From Planctomycetota bacterium (GTDB lineage Bacteria > Planctomycetota > B143-G9): a stretch of DNA of 64,000 bases. The DNA is taken from positions 54,148-118,147 of the forward strand of contig JAXHMW010000011.1 in assembly GCA_034521065.1 (NCBI GenBank). Reading direction: 5' to 3'. The position numbers and the translations under genes were made by a program. The notes below the pieces were generated by a model, which was not told the DNA's origin, searched no databases, and worked only from the letters and a program-made list of their open reading frames with translations. Shown here in pieces: positions 1 to 10,174 of the stretch (positions are counted from its first letter, which is position 1; each line of letters opens with the position of its first letter).

Positions 1-870
1 CCACAAGGAACGGAGGCCCTGGACAACTCCATCGGCTCCGCAGCGGGCTTTCACTTCGAACGTGACGGCCACCATCTGTTCTGCCTGCCCGGCATTCCCT
101 CCGAGATGAAGCAGATGTTCACTTCCACCGTGCGACCGGTCCTCGAATCCATGCTCGACTCCGAAACCCATGTCCGAAGACTGGAAGTGTTCGGCACCTC
201 GGAATCCCGTATCTCGGCCCTAATCACGAACCTTGACGTTCCCACCGGTGTACGAACAGCCATTAACGCATCGTTCGGAATCAAGGTGTGCCGCTTCTAC
301 ACGACGAACCGGAACTTGTTCTCCACCGTGGACTCGCTTGCCGATAAACTCGCTGCTTCACTCGGAGAAACAGTCATCTCAACCGATGGAAGATCACTGG
401 TCGAAGTGGTGGCTCGACAGCTCAAGGAGCTTTCGCTTACCGCTGGAACCTGTGAATCTTGCACCGCTGGGCTCGTGGGCAAAATGCTGACCGACCTTCC
501 CGGCAGCTCCGACTACTTTTCCGGTTCTCTTGTTACTTACACGAACGAACTGAAGGCGAACATAGGCGTATCGCACGCGAGCCTCATCAAACACGGCGCT
601 GTGAGCGAACATGTCGCGCTGCAGATGGCAAGCAGTGCTCGCAGCAAGCTCGGGGTTGACGTTGCTGTTTCGACAACCGGAATAGCCGGCCCGACAGGTG
701 GTTCGTCCGACAAGCCTGTGGGTCTCGTGTACGTAGGCTACAGCGGCCCGGACGGCGGAACTTTCGAAAAGCACATCTGGGGAGGGAACAGGCACTTCAA
801 CCGCATGGCCAGCACCAATGCAGCGCTCGACCTTATCCGTCGCAGATTACGACTGGAGAAGAAGCCTTGA
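1..870 (+). CDS. cinA: CinA-family protein, 5' end cut by the window edge; C-terminal PncC-type nicotinamide-nucleotide amidohydrolase domain
   Basis: Frame 1 is open from nt 1 (PQGTEALDNSIGSAAGFHFERDGHHLFCLPGIPSEMK) and runs into ORF 106..870. The C-terminal half carries CinA/PncC-like blocks TCESCTAGLVG, VSTTGIAGPTGG and KPVGLVYVG. Confidence 0.85.
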   Translation, partial: PQGTEALDNSIGSAAGFHFERDGHHLFCLPGIPSEMKQMFTSTVRPVLESMLDSETHVRRLEVFGTSESRISALITNLDVPTGVRTAINASFGIKVCRFYTTNRNLFSTVDSLADKLAASLGETVISTDGRSLVEVVARQLKELSLTAGTCESCTAGLVGKMLTDLPGSSDYFSGSLVTYTNELKANIGVSHASLIKHGAVSEHVALQMASSARSKLGVDVAVSTTGIAGPTGGSSDKPVGLVYVGYSGPDGGTFEKHIWGGNRHFNRMASTNAALDLIRRRLRLEKKP

Positions 871-1913
871 AGGTTCTTGTACGGATGCCGAACTGGCTAG
901 GCGACTGCGTAATGGCCTTGTGGGCTCTGCGCGACGCTCTCTCGCAAAGTGACGTTGACCGGGTTGACGTTCTGTGCCGCAAATCAGTGGCGGGATTGAT
1001 GAACTGCATTCCCTTTGTCGGCACGGTTCACACCATCGAAAAGCTGAGCGGCTTCAAAGGTCTTTTGGGAAACCGCGCACGGCTTCGGGAGCTTTCAATG
1101 CTCTCTTACGACATCGGTCTGCTTCTGCCTAACTCCATTTCCAGTGCACTCGAGATGAGAACGGCGCGACCGTCGAAACTCGTGGGCTATTCCACCGATG
1201 GCCGGGGAATGCTGCTCGACAGGCCTGTTCGCGTTCAGAAGTGGCTTAAAGAGGCCCACATGTACTCCTACTACCTGAACGTTGCGCTATGCGCATTCGG
1301 CGCGGACGAGCTTGAAGAGGAAGCCCCGGTGCCGAAAGAAAAGTTCGAACTTTCCTTCACGGACAGCGATATACAACTGATTGAACAACTGTTAGTTAGA
1401 CATTCTGTCGGTGAACGGTATATTGTAGTAGGTCCCGGTGCTGCTTTCGGGCCATCGAAACAGTGGAAACCCGACAGTTACGCTGGAACAGTTGACCTGA
1501 TCTGTCGTAAGTACGACTGCTCCGCCGTGATAGCCGGGGCGCCGTCCGACAGGAAGGTCGCTCACGAGATAGCATCCCGCATCGAGGCAGAATCGGCAGA
1601 CCTATGCGGAACCACCGACCTGCCACAGGTGACATATCTTCTCAGCAGGTCGTTCGGGTTCGTCGGAAACGATTCGGGCCTCATGCACGTCGCCGCGCTT
1701 GCAGGTACTCCCTGCGTCGGACTGTTCTTCAGCACCGAACCGGTCAGGACGAGCCCCATCGGACTCTCGACGAGGTGCGTAGAGGCGGATATCGCCTGCC
1801 GCCCCTGCTATCGGAGGGAATGCAACAGGGGCTACGAATGTCGCGACCGCGTTTCGCCATCTCAGATCTCAGAGGCCTTCGGGAATACGCTTGCAAGCGC
1901 CGACGGCAGGTAA
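867..1913 (+). CDS. Glycosyltransferase family 9 (ADP-heptose:LPS heptosyltransferase, WaaF/RfaF-like)
   Basis: 348-aa ORF. N-terminal MKVLVRMPNWLGDCVMALWAL and C-terminal FVGNDSGLMHVAALAGTPCVGLF are the two hallmark GT9 blocks. The start overlaps the cinA stop by 4 nt. Confidence 0.8.
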   Translation: MKVLVRMPNWLGDCVMALWALRDALSQSDVDRVDVLCRKSVAGLMNCIPFVGTVHTIEKLSGFKGLLGNRARLRELSMLSYDIGLLLPNSISSALEMRTARPSKLVGYSTDGRGMLLDRPVRVQKWLKEAHMYSYYLNVALCAFGADELEEEAPVPKEKFELSFTDSDIQLIEQLLVRHSVGERYIVVGPGAAFGPSKQWKPDSYAGTVDLICRKYDCSAVIAGAPSDRKVAHEIASRIEAESADLCGTTDLPQVTYLLSRSFGFVGNDSGLMHVAALAGTPCVGLFFSTEPVRTSPIGLSTRCVEADIACRPCYRRECNRGYECRDRVSPSQISEAFGNTLASADGR

Positions 1914-1926
1914 ACGGGAGTGAAAT

Positions 1927-2643
1927 TTGGCCAGGATTCAGAAACGCCTCAGTGCCGACCTTTTGAAGAAGCTCGGCTATTCGAAGGGCACGCATCGAGG
2001 CTGGACCTACACAGCGCGCTCCGAGTCCGAGCTTGCCGAGGTCGCTGACAAGGCAGCAGTAATCTTCAGCACCGGAGAGCCGAAGGACACGCACGTTCCC
2101 GTGAAGCTGTCGCTTACGGACGGCAGAATCTTCTACGCCTACTGCGCCACGCTCAAGCGCTCGATGTTCGGGCTTCTCTCACCGCTCTCCCATCATCCAT
2201 TCGACCAGTCCTTCAAGGGAGCTTTGCTGCTCAAAGACGCGAATTTCCCCGTACTCATGCCGTTCGCGCTCCTTCGACGCGGAGGACTGTTCGAGACCCT
2301 TCAGCAGGTAATGCTGTTCGAAGATGAAGAGGACATTCTTCCCCTGCCCGACTATATCCTGTCACTCGAGAACACGCCTGATATCCGCTGCCGTGAAATC
2401 TGGCGCCAGATGGGAAAACACCTCGGCGAAATTCACCAGAGTAATGTCATTGCGGGAATAAAGACCGCGGCCGAGGTCTTCGTTGACAGAACTGAGATCG
2501 ACTGCATATCGTTCCGGGTCTCGGCCGGGCTTTCATGTGAACGCCGTCACCGCGTCTCCGTGAGGAACGGCGGAGAGATTGCCGCGAGCCAGCTTCGTGT
2601 ACGGCCCCGAAATCGCCGCACTCGACCGCTGCTTCCTCGATGA
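1927..2643 (+). CDS. Lipopolysaccharide-kinase (Kdo/WaaP family)-like protein with a degenerate catalytic loop; 3' end uncertain
   Basis: 238-aa ORF between two heptosyltransferase genes. GEIHQSNVIAGIKTAAEVFVDRTEIDCISF aligns by eye to the lH..gv.HgDlk..NvlV...IDF block of LPS kinases, but His/Asp/Asn are replaced by AGI/E. The Arg-rich tail after about 2520 and a protein-like second frame (2579..2812) suggest a frame break. Confidence 0.35.
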   Translation: MARIQKRLSADLLKKLGYSKGTHRGWTYTARSESELAEVADKAAVIFSTGEPKDTHVPVKLSLTDGRIFYAYCATLKRSMFGLLSPLSHHPFDQSFKGALLLKDANFPVLMPFALLRRGGLFETLQQVMLFEDEEDILPLPDYILSLENTPDIRCREIWRQMGKHLGEIHQSNVIAGIKTAAEVFVDRTEIDCISFRVSAGLSCERRHRVSVRNGGEIAASQLRVRPRNRRTRPLLPR

Positions 2644-2808
2644 AGATGACGGTACCGGGTCAAGGTCGCTGGACACCCAAGCGGGAGACACTACTCTCGT
2701 GGCCGACCTTACCCGCAAGAAGGCCACTGAGAACTGGGATGTCTCAATTCGGCGACTCGCCGAAGAAGACGAGCTACCTGAACCTGATAAGGGCACTCGA
2801 CAAACACG

Positions 2809-3882
2809 GTGAACGCGAGTAGCATGCCTACAATACTCGAAAGCACCGACCGTCTGCTGTTCATCAAGCCCACCTCACTTGGAGACGTGGTTCAAAGCCT
2901 CGCCGCGGTCTGCGCAATCAAGAAGGCCAGGCCAACACTTACGCTCGACTTCCTCGTAGCGGACATATACACCGGCCTGCTCGAAGGGCATCCGCACATA
3001 GATGAAGTGCTTACCTTTCCGCGCAAGAGGATGAAGGGAGGGCTCGCGGAGTTCACCCGTGCATTCGGAGACCTTCGCAGACAACTGCGCTCGCGCAAGT
3101 ACGATACTGCCCTCGACCTGCAGGGGCTTGCAAGAAGCGCGTTATGCGCCCGGATGAGCCGAGCCCCCCACCGCATCGGCTTCGCCGACGCCCGGGAGAT
3201 GGCCCCCCTGTTCTATACTGACAAAGTGGACAGCCCGCGCAAGAGCGTACACGCGGTACGCCGCTACCTGCATGCAGTTCGATACTTGGGCGCGGAGGTG
3301 TCGGAGCAGGACGTGCGCTTCGCCCTGGAGCCTTCCGAAGAGGTCAAAAAGGGCGTGAAAGAACTTCTTCCGGACGGGCCTTTCTGCGCGTTTGCACCCG
3401 GAGCGAGATGGGAGACGAAGAAGTGGCCGTTGGGGCACTTCATCGAACTGGCGAGGTTCGCCCGTGAGGAACACGGCCTCGCGGTTACCGTGGTGGGCTC
3501 GCCGGATGAGGCGGAGCTTGGCAAGCGAATCAGCACCGAACTCGGCGACAACACGCACAACCTTGCCGGAAAGACGACGATTCCGCAGCTTGCCGCGGTT
3601 CTGCACGGCTCGAAGGCGGTTGTATCCAATGACAGTGGGCCGATGCACATGGCCGCTGCGATGGGAGTGCCCACAGTTTCCTTTTTCGGTCCGACCTCAC
3701 CTGACCTGATAGCGCCATGGGGCCAGGAGGAGCTTGTGCTGTGGACAGAAGAACCGTGCAGAGGGTGCTATCGCCGAAAATGTCATACAATGCCCGCCAA
3801 GTGCCTTTCGGAAATATCAGTAAAGAAAGCCTCGGCGGCACTGACAGCCGCCCTTGAGAAGCGAAGACCGGAGCGCATTTGA
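2809..3882 (+). CDS. Glycosyltransferase family 9 (LPS heptosyltransferase, WaaC/RfaC-like)
   Basis: 357-aa ORF with GT9 blocks LLFIKPTSLGDVVQSLAAV and VSNDSGPMHMAAAMGVPTVSFFGPT. An ATG at 2824 is an alternative start. Confidence 0.8.
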   Translation: MNASSMPTILESTDRLLFIKPTSLGDVVQSLAAVCAIKKARPTLTLDFLVADIYTGLLEGHPHIDEVLTFPRKRMKGGLAEFTRAFGDLRRQLRSRKYDTALDLQGLARSALCARMSRAPHRIGFADAREMAPLFYTDKVDSPRKSVHAVRRYLHAVRYLGAEVSEQDVRFALEPSEEVKKGVKELLPDGPFCAFAPGARWETKKWPLGHFIELARFAREEHGLAVTVVGSPDEAELGKRISTELGDNTHNLAGKTTIPQLAAVLHGSKAVVSNDSGPMHMAAAMGVPTVSFFGPTSPDLIAPWGQEELVLWTEEPCRGCYRRKCHTMPAKCLSEISVKKASAALTAALEKRRPERI

Positions 3883-5675
3883 AGCTACGGGAAAAACTTC
3901 GACATTTCGCCTTCATACTCGACTTCAGCCGCCCGTACTACCTCTTCATAGCACTATTCATGCTTACAACTCTGTGCTATTTCGGGGTAATACTGTTGTT
4001 CGCCCGGCTGCTGAACATGCTCGTTGACGTCCTGCCAAAGGACGTCGAGTCAGTTAGCGCACTTACCCCAGAACAGCTTTCCGTTGCGCTCGAATCCACC
4101 TACCAACTGCTGTATTTCGGTCTTCCCGCAGTTCTCGGCCTGTTCGTCTTTCACGGCGCAAACATATTCCTGCGCAAGTACATTTCGCTTCGCATCTCAC
4201 TGGACCTGCGAAAGCATCTGTGCAACCACGCATTGACACTGTCCATGCGTTTCTACGACAGCAAGAGTTCGGGCGACATACTCTCTCGCGCGACCAACGA
4301 CGTTCTCAAGATAGAGAAGTCTTTCGAGATATTCTGGGGCGAGTTCTTCAATCCTCTCATCGGCATATTCGTCCTCGTACCTGCGACATTCTACTATTCC
4401 TGGCAGATTGCGCTTCTGAGCCTCATCGCCCTGCCATTGATAGTTCACCTCGTTCGAAAGGCCAGCAAAAAAATTCTCGCCGCCTCTTACGAAAGCCTTC
4501 AGTACCTTGGCGACACGACCGAGACACTGCGGGAGATATTCGATTCCATCAAGATAATCAAGGTCTTCCGCCTCGAAGATACCTCTTACAAAAAGTTCAC
4601 CACCAACGCGACAAAGTTCTTCAAGGCCGCCCTTCGAGCTGCCACCGCATTCGCCATCAATGCCGGGTTGATGGAAGGCATCACCTACCTTGTGATAGTG
4701 CTGATCGGGTTTATGAGCTGCTATTTGACTCTGAAAAACTCCATGGACCTGTCCCTCACTCATCTCGTGCCTGTTTTCTACCTTCTCTCGGAAACGTACA
4801 AGCGGATAAAGTCGTTCACAAAGAGCTTCAACACCATTCAGGAGTCATTTGCAGGCATTGACCGAGTTCAGGAACTTTTTCGCGAAAAAAGCGAGATATC
4901 CGATGCACAAGACGCGGTCGAGATCGAGAACATTGACGGCGCCATCAATTTCAGGGACGTGGATTTCGCTTACGGCTCCGATCCGGTGCTGAAGAACGTG
5001 AAGTTCGATATCAACCCCGGCGAGACCGTGGCGCTGGTAGGACGCAGCGGCTCCGGCAAGACCACGGTGTTCAACCTGCTCGCCCGCTTTTACGACGTTG
5101 ACAACGGGGCCATCGAAGTTGACAACAGGGATGTCCGCAAGATCAAGCTCTCTTCACTGCTCGACTCCGTGGGGCTTGTGACGCAGGAACCGATCCTGTT
5201 CAATGACACCATCCGCAACAACATCCGATACGGCAGGCCGTCGGCTACGCCTGAGGAAATAGAGGAGGCGGCTAAGGCGGCGTTCGTGACCGAGTTCTCG
5301 TCGGAGTTCGAAAAGGGGCTTGACTACCCGGTCGGAGAACGTGGCGCCAACCTGTCCGGCGGACAGCGCCAGAGGGTGACAATCGCGCGAGCTTACCTGA
5401 AGAACCCTCCGCTTCTGCTCCTCGACGAGGCAACGAGCGCGCTTGACAGCGAGTCCGAACAAGCTGTTCAGAAAGCGCTTTCCAGGCTCATGAAGGGGCG
5501 CACAACGTTCGTCATAGCACACAGACTTTCGACAATCCGCGATGCCGATAAGATAATCGTATTGGAGGCCGGAAAGGTCGTGGAGAGCGGCACTCACTCG
5601 GAGTTGATTTTGAAGGACGGCGCTTATGCGCGGCTTCACAGGATGCAGCAGGTCGGCGATGAGAATGGTTCGTAG
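3879..5675 (+). CDS. msbA: ABC transporter permease/ATPase fusion, lipid A export flippase MsbA-like
   Basis: 598 aa. Hydrophobic N-terminal half, then Walker A GRSGSGKTT, signature LSGGQRQRVTIARA and Walker B LLLLDEATSALD. Sits in the LPS-core cluster and overlaps the upstream stop by 4 nt. Confidence 0.85.
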   Translation: MKLREKLRHFAFILDFSRPYYLFIALFMLTTLCYFGVILLFARLLNMLVDVLPKDVESVSALTPEQLSVALESTYQLLYFGLPAVLGLFVFHGANIFLRKYISLRISLDLRKHLCNHALTLSMRFYDSKSSGDILSRATNDVLKIEKSFEIFWGEFFNPLIGIFVLVPATFYYSWQIALLSLIALPLIVHLVRKASKKILAASYESLQYLGDTTETLREIFDSIKIIKVFRLEDTSYKKFTTNATKFFKAALRAATAFAINAGLMEGITYLVIVLIGFMSCYLTLKNSMDLSLTHLVPVFYLLSETYKRIKSFTKSFNTIQESFAGIDRVQELFREKSEISDAQDAVEIENIDGAINFRDVDFAYGSDPVLKNVKFDINPGETVALVGRSGSGKTTVFNLLARFYDVDNGAIEVDNRDVRKIKLSSLLDSVGLVTQEPILFNDTIRNNIRYGRPSATPEEIEEAAKAAFVTEFSSEFEKGLDYPVGERGANLSGGQRQRVTIARAYLKNPPLLLLDEATSALDSESEQAVQKALSRLMKGRTTFVIAHRLSTIRDADKIIVLEAGKVVESGTHSELILKDGAYARLHRMQQVGDENGS

Positions 5676-6150
5676 CGAGGTAGTAGTCGGCAAGACCGGT
5701 AGGGCCGTAATCTTTTTGCAGGGGTTGCGTGTGAGCGGGATACAGTTGCTCGGAGAGCCGTCCGGGCCGGCAAAGGCGCAGGATTTATGCGGCGCCGCCA
5801 GTGCGGTCGAGAGATTTCTGAACGGCGAAGAGGACGCCCTCGCCGAACTCGAAGCGGATCTCGACGTTCACCAACTCCCGAAGTTCACTCGCAGGACACT
5901 CCAGCAGATGCTCTCCATTCCTCGCGGCGAAACCATCTCGTACGGCGAACTCGCGAAAAAGCTTGGAAGGAGCGGTTCGGCCAGGGCTGTCGGCGGGGCG
6001 TGCGCGAGGAACCCGATACCCATCCTCATTCCCTGCCACCGAGTGGTTTCGGCGAACGGACCGGGAGGATTTTCGAGTGGTCTTGCGTGGAAACGCAGAC
6101 TGCTCGCCGCGGACACCGGAGATATAAACACATTTCTAAAGGAGGAATAA
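5626..6150 (+). CDS. ogt: Methylated-DNA--protein-cysteine methyltransferase (Ogt/MGMT)
   Basis: C-terminal ISYGELAKKLGRSGSARAVGGACARNPIPILIPCHRVV contains the PCHRV active site. The true start may be an internal Met at 5659 or 5665, because 5626 overlaps the msbA end. Confidence 0.8.
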   Translation: MRGFTGCSRSAMRMVRSEVVVGKTGRAVIFLQGLRVSGIQLLGEPSGPAKAQDLCGAASAVERFLNGEEDALAELEADLDVHQLPKFTRRTLQQMLSIPRGETISYGELAKKLGRSGSARAVGGACARNPIPILIPCHRVVSANGPGGFSSGLAWKRRLLAADTGDINTFLKEE

Positions 6151-6755
6151 TGAAAATTGAACTGCCTCAGCCGAATATGACAGCGGGACTGGACCTCTTC
6201 AAGGCCATTCGTGAACGCCGGAGCATTCGCAGCTATGCAGATGAGGCTCTCGACCCTTCGCAGATATCCGACCTCCTGTTCCACACAAGCGGCATAACAG
6301 GCGACAGGCCGCGCATGCTCGCTTCACCCTCCGCCGGGGCCATCCACGCCATCAAAACCTACCTGATCGCTTACGACATACAGGGCATCGAGAAGGGCAT
6401 TTACGTTTACGACAAGGAATCCCACTCGTTGGAACAGACCTTCGAGGGCGATGTCCGCCAACCGCTCTCCGAGGCGTGTTTTGAGCAGAAGATGTTTACC
6501 CACGCACCTGCCGTCGTCGCCTTCAGCGTGAACATTGACAGGATTCGACAGCGTTACCGCGAACGTTCTCCCCGATACGCCGCGATGGATTGCGGCCACT
6601 ATGGACACAACATCTACCTCGTTTGCGAGGCACTGGGTCTCGCCACTGTCGCAGTGGGCGCTTTCGACGACGATGCGGCGAACAGGGCTCTTGCCGTCAG
6701 CGACGAGGAGCAGGTTTACTACATATTCCCCATAGGCGAAAAGAACAATGAATGA
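6150..6755 (+). CDS. SagB/ThcOx-type nitroreductase-family dehydrogenase
   Basis: ATG at 6150 overlaps the ogt TAA (TAATG) and is preceded by GGAGGA. The protein (MKIELPQPNMTAGLDLFKAIRERRSIRSY ... SPSAGAIHAIKTYLI ... GIYVYD) matches the SagB-type nitroreductase fold pattern. Confidence 0.7.
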   Translation: MKIELPQPNMTAGLDLFKAIRERRSIRSYADEALDPSQISDLLFHTSGITGDRPRMLASPSAGAIHAIKTYLIAYDIQGIEKGIYVYDKESHSLEQTFEGDVRQPLSEACFEQKMFTHAPAVVAFSVNIDRIRQRYRERSPRYAAMDCGHYGHNIYLVCEALGLATVAVGAFDDDAANRALAVSDEEQVYYIFPIGEKNNE

Positions 6756-8159
6756 CCCTCTTTTCTCCTCGCCGGACTACTTTCACGGGGTCAACCTTTT
6801 CGCGGACCCCATTCACACCTACATACCGGTGACGTATCCTGCCCATGACGGCGAGGTATGCGAGCGCGATATCATAGACTCGCCCTGGGTGCAGCGCCTT
6901 CGGCGCATTCATCAGCTTCAGAGTGCGTGGTGGGTTTATCCGGGAGCGGAACACAGCCGCTTCATTCACTCGCTGGGAGTGATGCACTGCGCCGGCTACT
7001 TCGCGCGCAAACTGTTCGACTCGCTCAAGGGCAGCCTCGAAAAACGCAACGAGTCCTGCCCCTCCTATCCATTGCTCGAAGAGACAGTGCGTCTTGCCGG
7101 TCTTCTTCACGACCTCGGGCACGGGCCTTTCAGTCACTTCTTCGACGACGAGTACCTCTCGGAATACGGCATCACGCACGAAGACCTGTCTAAGCATCTG
7201 ATCCTGGACTATTTCGGCGAGCAGATCAGTCAGCTCAGACGGTCGCCCACCGCACGGTTCGAAGAGAGCGAGACGGTGAATCCGGAACACGTGGCATTTC
7301 TTATCAAGAAACCTGCCCGGCCCGAAGAGGTTGACGAGAGCATGCCGCTCTGGGTCAGGTGGCTTCAGCCGCTGTTCTGCGGCATCTACACTGTTGACAA
7401 TATAGACTATTCCCTGCGCGACGCGTACATGTGCGGCATCTCGTCGAGCTACGTTGACATGGAGAGACTGAGGTTCTACACCTTCTTTACCGACAATGGC
7501 CTGACCTTCCACCACGCGGGCCTGTCCGCACTGGAAATGTTTCTGAAGAGCCGGTGGTACCTGTACCGTAACGTTTACTACCATCGCACGGTACGAGGCA
7601 TTGACCGCCAGCTGTCCTTCATCTTCCGGGATACGATCGAACAGATTCTCGGCGGCGACCCTCGCAAAAACCTCGACAAGTACCTGACCCTTACGGACTA
7701 CAGTCTGCTGGAAACAGTGAACACCTGGCACAAAAGCGACAACGTCAAAAGACGCGGACTCGCATCCGACTGGCGCAAGGTCGTTGAGAGAAAGGTGATG
7801 TGGAAAAGCGTATTCGAGGCAGAACTTCCCATCCACGCCACCTCCGCTGATGAACCCATCAACCCCGGCCGAATACGCGCGGCGATCTATGATAAACTTC
7901 CGCCACGCTCGAAAGACATTGTCTTCGAGGTGCACCCGCCAGTCACGACCCCCGTCCGGTAAACCCGGGAATATTCAAAGACCAGAATCTGAACGTTTAC
8001 AACCCCGTCACCAAGCGCATTGACCAAAAGTCGGTGAGCCAGCTATTCCCGCATCTTCCGGGCTGGGTGACGATTGTGCGCGTTTACACTACATGTCCGG
8101 AAGAAGCGGTAAAACTCGCAAACGCATGCGAGGCAGCGATAAAGGAGTTTGCGCGTTGA
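6748..8159 (+). CDS. HD-domain phosphohydrolase (dNTP triphosphohydrolase-like); one apparent frameshift near 7935
   Basis: Motifs HSRFIHSLGVMH and LLHDLGHGPFSHFFDD. ORF 6748..7962 stops, but a shifted frame continues with ASHDPRPVNPGIFKDQNLNVYNPVTKRIDQKSVSQLFPHLPGWVTIVRVYTT...KEFAR to the TGA at 8157..8159, directly abutting the truA GTG. Confidence 0.75.
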
Positions 8160-8942
8160 GTGGCGAAAAGGGAAGCTTCGGTCAGGTTCGCAGCGGTTGT
8201 CGAGTACGACGGCACCGGACTGGGCGGCTGGCAGCTTCAGCCTAACGCGCTCACGGTTCAGCAATTCGTGGAATCCTCACTTGAAGGACTGTACGGCCAA
8301 CCCGTGCGCGTACATGCTTCGGGGCGGACGGATGCAGGAGTACACGCTCGCGGACAGGTGATACACTTCGACGCCCGAGACGACTACGATGCCAGGATCG
8401 TCCTGAACGCCGCAAACGCGAGACTTGACAGCCGCGTGGCCATTGTGAAGGCAATAAAGGTGGACAGGGACTTCCACGCACGTTACCATGCACTGCGCAA
8501 GGAATACGAATACCGCATCCTTTGCAGCTACGCCCCGAGCCCCCTTCGCAGTTCCTTCACCTGGCATCGTCCGAAGGCCCTTAACGTGGAAGCGCTAAGG
8601 GACGCGGCTCAGATGTTGGAGGGCGAACACGACTTTCGCTCGTTTGCCACAGAGCCCGACAATATCAAGGATTCGGTACGGACGATGCATTACGTTCGCG
8701 TGCTGGAGGAGTCCGACGAGATACGCATTTTGTTCTGTGCGAACGGTTTTCTGTACAACCTCGTGCGTTCGCTTACAGGGGCTCTTGTAATGTACTCGAC
8801 CGGTGGAATAGAGCGGTCCAAGCTATTGAGTTGTCTTTCGAACACGAATTCGCGTCAGCCCGCGCCGCTTGCACCTGCGAACGGCCTGACGCTCAACTGG
8901 GTAGAATACGACAAATACCCGCAGCTAAAGAGAGAGGTCTGA
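8160..8942 (+). CDS. truA: tRNA pseudouridine(38-40) synthase TruA
   Basis: 260 aa with a GTG start. FAAVVEYDGTGLGGWQ and the catalytic block HASGRTDAGVHARGQV are characteristic of TruA. Confidence 0.9.
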   Translation: MAKREASVRFAAVVEYDGTGLGGWQLQPNALTVQQFVESSLEGLYGQPVRVHASGRTDAGVHARGQVIHFDARDDYDARIVLNAANARLDSRVAIVKAIKVDRDFHARYHALRKEYEYRILCSYAPSPLRSSFTWHRPKALNVEALRDAAQMLEGEHDFRSFATEPDNIKDSVRTMHYVRVLEESDEIRILFCANGFLYNLVRSLTGALVMYSTGGIERSKLLSCLSNTNSRQPAPLAPANGLTLNWVEYDKYPQLKREV

Positions 8943-9515
8943 ATGGCGGGCGAATACTCCGGCATGGAGGAACGCCAAGTACTTATACGGTTCAGGAATG
9001 GCGACAGTGAGGCGGGCAACGAACTGTTCCGTCGCTACCGGGATCGTGTATTTGCGATGTGTGCGAACGTCACGGGTAACCGCGACCTCGCCGCCGAAGC
9101 CGTTCAGGAGGCCTTTTACCGTCTTCTTCGCATTCGGAACAAGATAGACCCCGACAAGAACTTCTCCGCTTTCCTTCACAAGATGGCCTATAACCTGTGC
9201 ATGGACGAGCTTCGCCGCAAAAAGAACGCGGTGAGCTGGGAAGACTTTTCGTGGGTTGAAGAGGAACTCCCTTCGGTTGATGAACTGTTTGCGGAAAACG
9301 AACACAAGATCGAGATGAAGGAGGTCTGGCAGGCGGTGGAAAAGCTGCCACTCTCCGCAAAGACGCTTATGGAACTCAGATACCGCTCCCGGCTTTCGCC
9401 TGACGAGATAGCGAACATTCTGGAATTACCGGCTTCCACAGTGCGGGTGAGGCTCTACCGCGCCCGCAAGGCCCTTGCCGGAATGCTGATGTCCCTGCTG
9501 AGGGAGAAAAAGTAA
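8943..9515 (+). CDS. RNA polymerase ECF-type sigma-70 factor
   Basis: 190 aa. Region 2 (ELFRRYRDRVFAMCANVTGNRDLAAEAVQEAFYRLL) and region 4 helix-turn-helix (LSPDEIANILELPASTVRVRLYRARKAL). Confidence 0.85.
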   Translation: MAGEYSGMEERQVLIRFRNGDSEAGNELFRRYRDRVFAMCANVTGNRDLAAEAVQEAFYRLLRIRNKIDPDKNFSAFLHKMAYNLCMDELRRKKNAVSWEDFSWVEEELPSVDELFAENEHKIEMKEVWQAVEKLPLSAKTLMELRYRSRLSPDEIANILELPASTVRVRLYRARKALAGMLMSLLREKK

Positions 9516-9548
9516 CGCAACCCCCCTTAAAATCGTACTTAGAGTGCA

Positions 9549-10091
9549 ATGAACAACAAAGACAGAGAAGAGAAGATACAACTGATACTCGACGGAAAGC
9601 TCGACGACGAGAATGAGCTTTCGCAAGACGAACGTCGGGAACTGAACGGCCACAGGAAGCTTGATTCGCTTCTCTCCGAGGCGTTTAGCAACAGCGATGT
9701 GGACACCACTCCGCTGGAAGGTTTCGTTCCGTACAAGCGAGAACGCCGTAGCTTTCCTCTGCCACAGTTGCATCTCGTTGCGGCCGCCGCAGTAATTATC
9801 ATCGTGGCCGCGGCATCATTTTTCTTTCTCTATACCTCCGCGCCGGAAGGCGATGGCGCAAAACTGGCCCGGTACAGGGAAGCCGCACTTAACGGCGAAG
9901 CCGCACCGCCGGTACTTGAACAGAGCCAGAAGCAGTACCTGGATTACCTCGCAGATTTTTACGGAAGCTACGCAAAGCTCTCTCCCGACAAACTTCGCGA
10001 CGAACTCAACGCTGCATGGGAGCAGTCCTGCGTTAACGCCTTCGAAAGGGTGCTGACCGAAACGGAGACACGCCGGCATCGATTCGCATAG
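9549..10091 (+). CDS. Putative anti-sigma factor (single-pass membrane protein)
   Basis: Immediately downstream of the ECF sigma gene. A charged N-terminus is followed by one TM helix (LHLVAAAAVIIIVAAASFFFLY). There is no domain I can name, so the call rests on context. Confidence 0.4.
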   Translation: MNNKDREEKIQLILDGKLDDENELSQDERRELNGHRKLDSLLSEAFSNSDVDTTPLEGFVPYKRERRSFPLPQLHLVAAAAVIIIVAAASFFFLYTSAPEGDGAKLARYREAALNGEAAPPVLEQSQKQYLDYLADFYGSYAKLSPDKLRDELNAAWEQSCVNAFERVLTETETRRHRFA

Positions 10092-10174
10092 CCGAGATCG
10101 AATATACCGCCCGCCAGGCACAGGGCAACGTCTCTGAACCCGCCCTCAAGGCCTATCGCGCTTCGGCTGAAGTC

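Noticed and set aside
6697-7935. 412-aa ORF on the minus strand
   Set aside because: It lies entirely antisense to the well-supported HD-domain gene. It has no recognisable motifs and an Arg/Gly/Val-rich composition typical of a shadow frame in GC-rich DNA.
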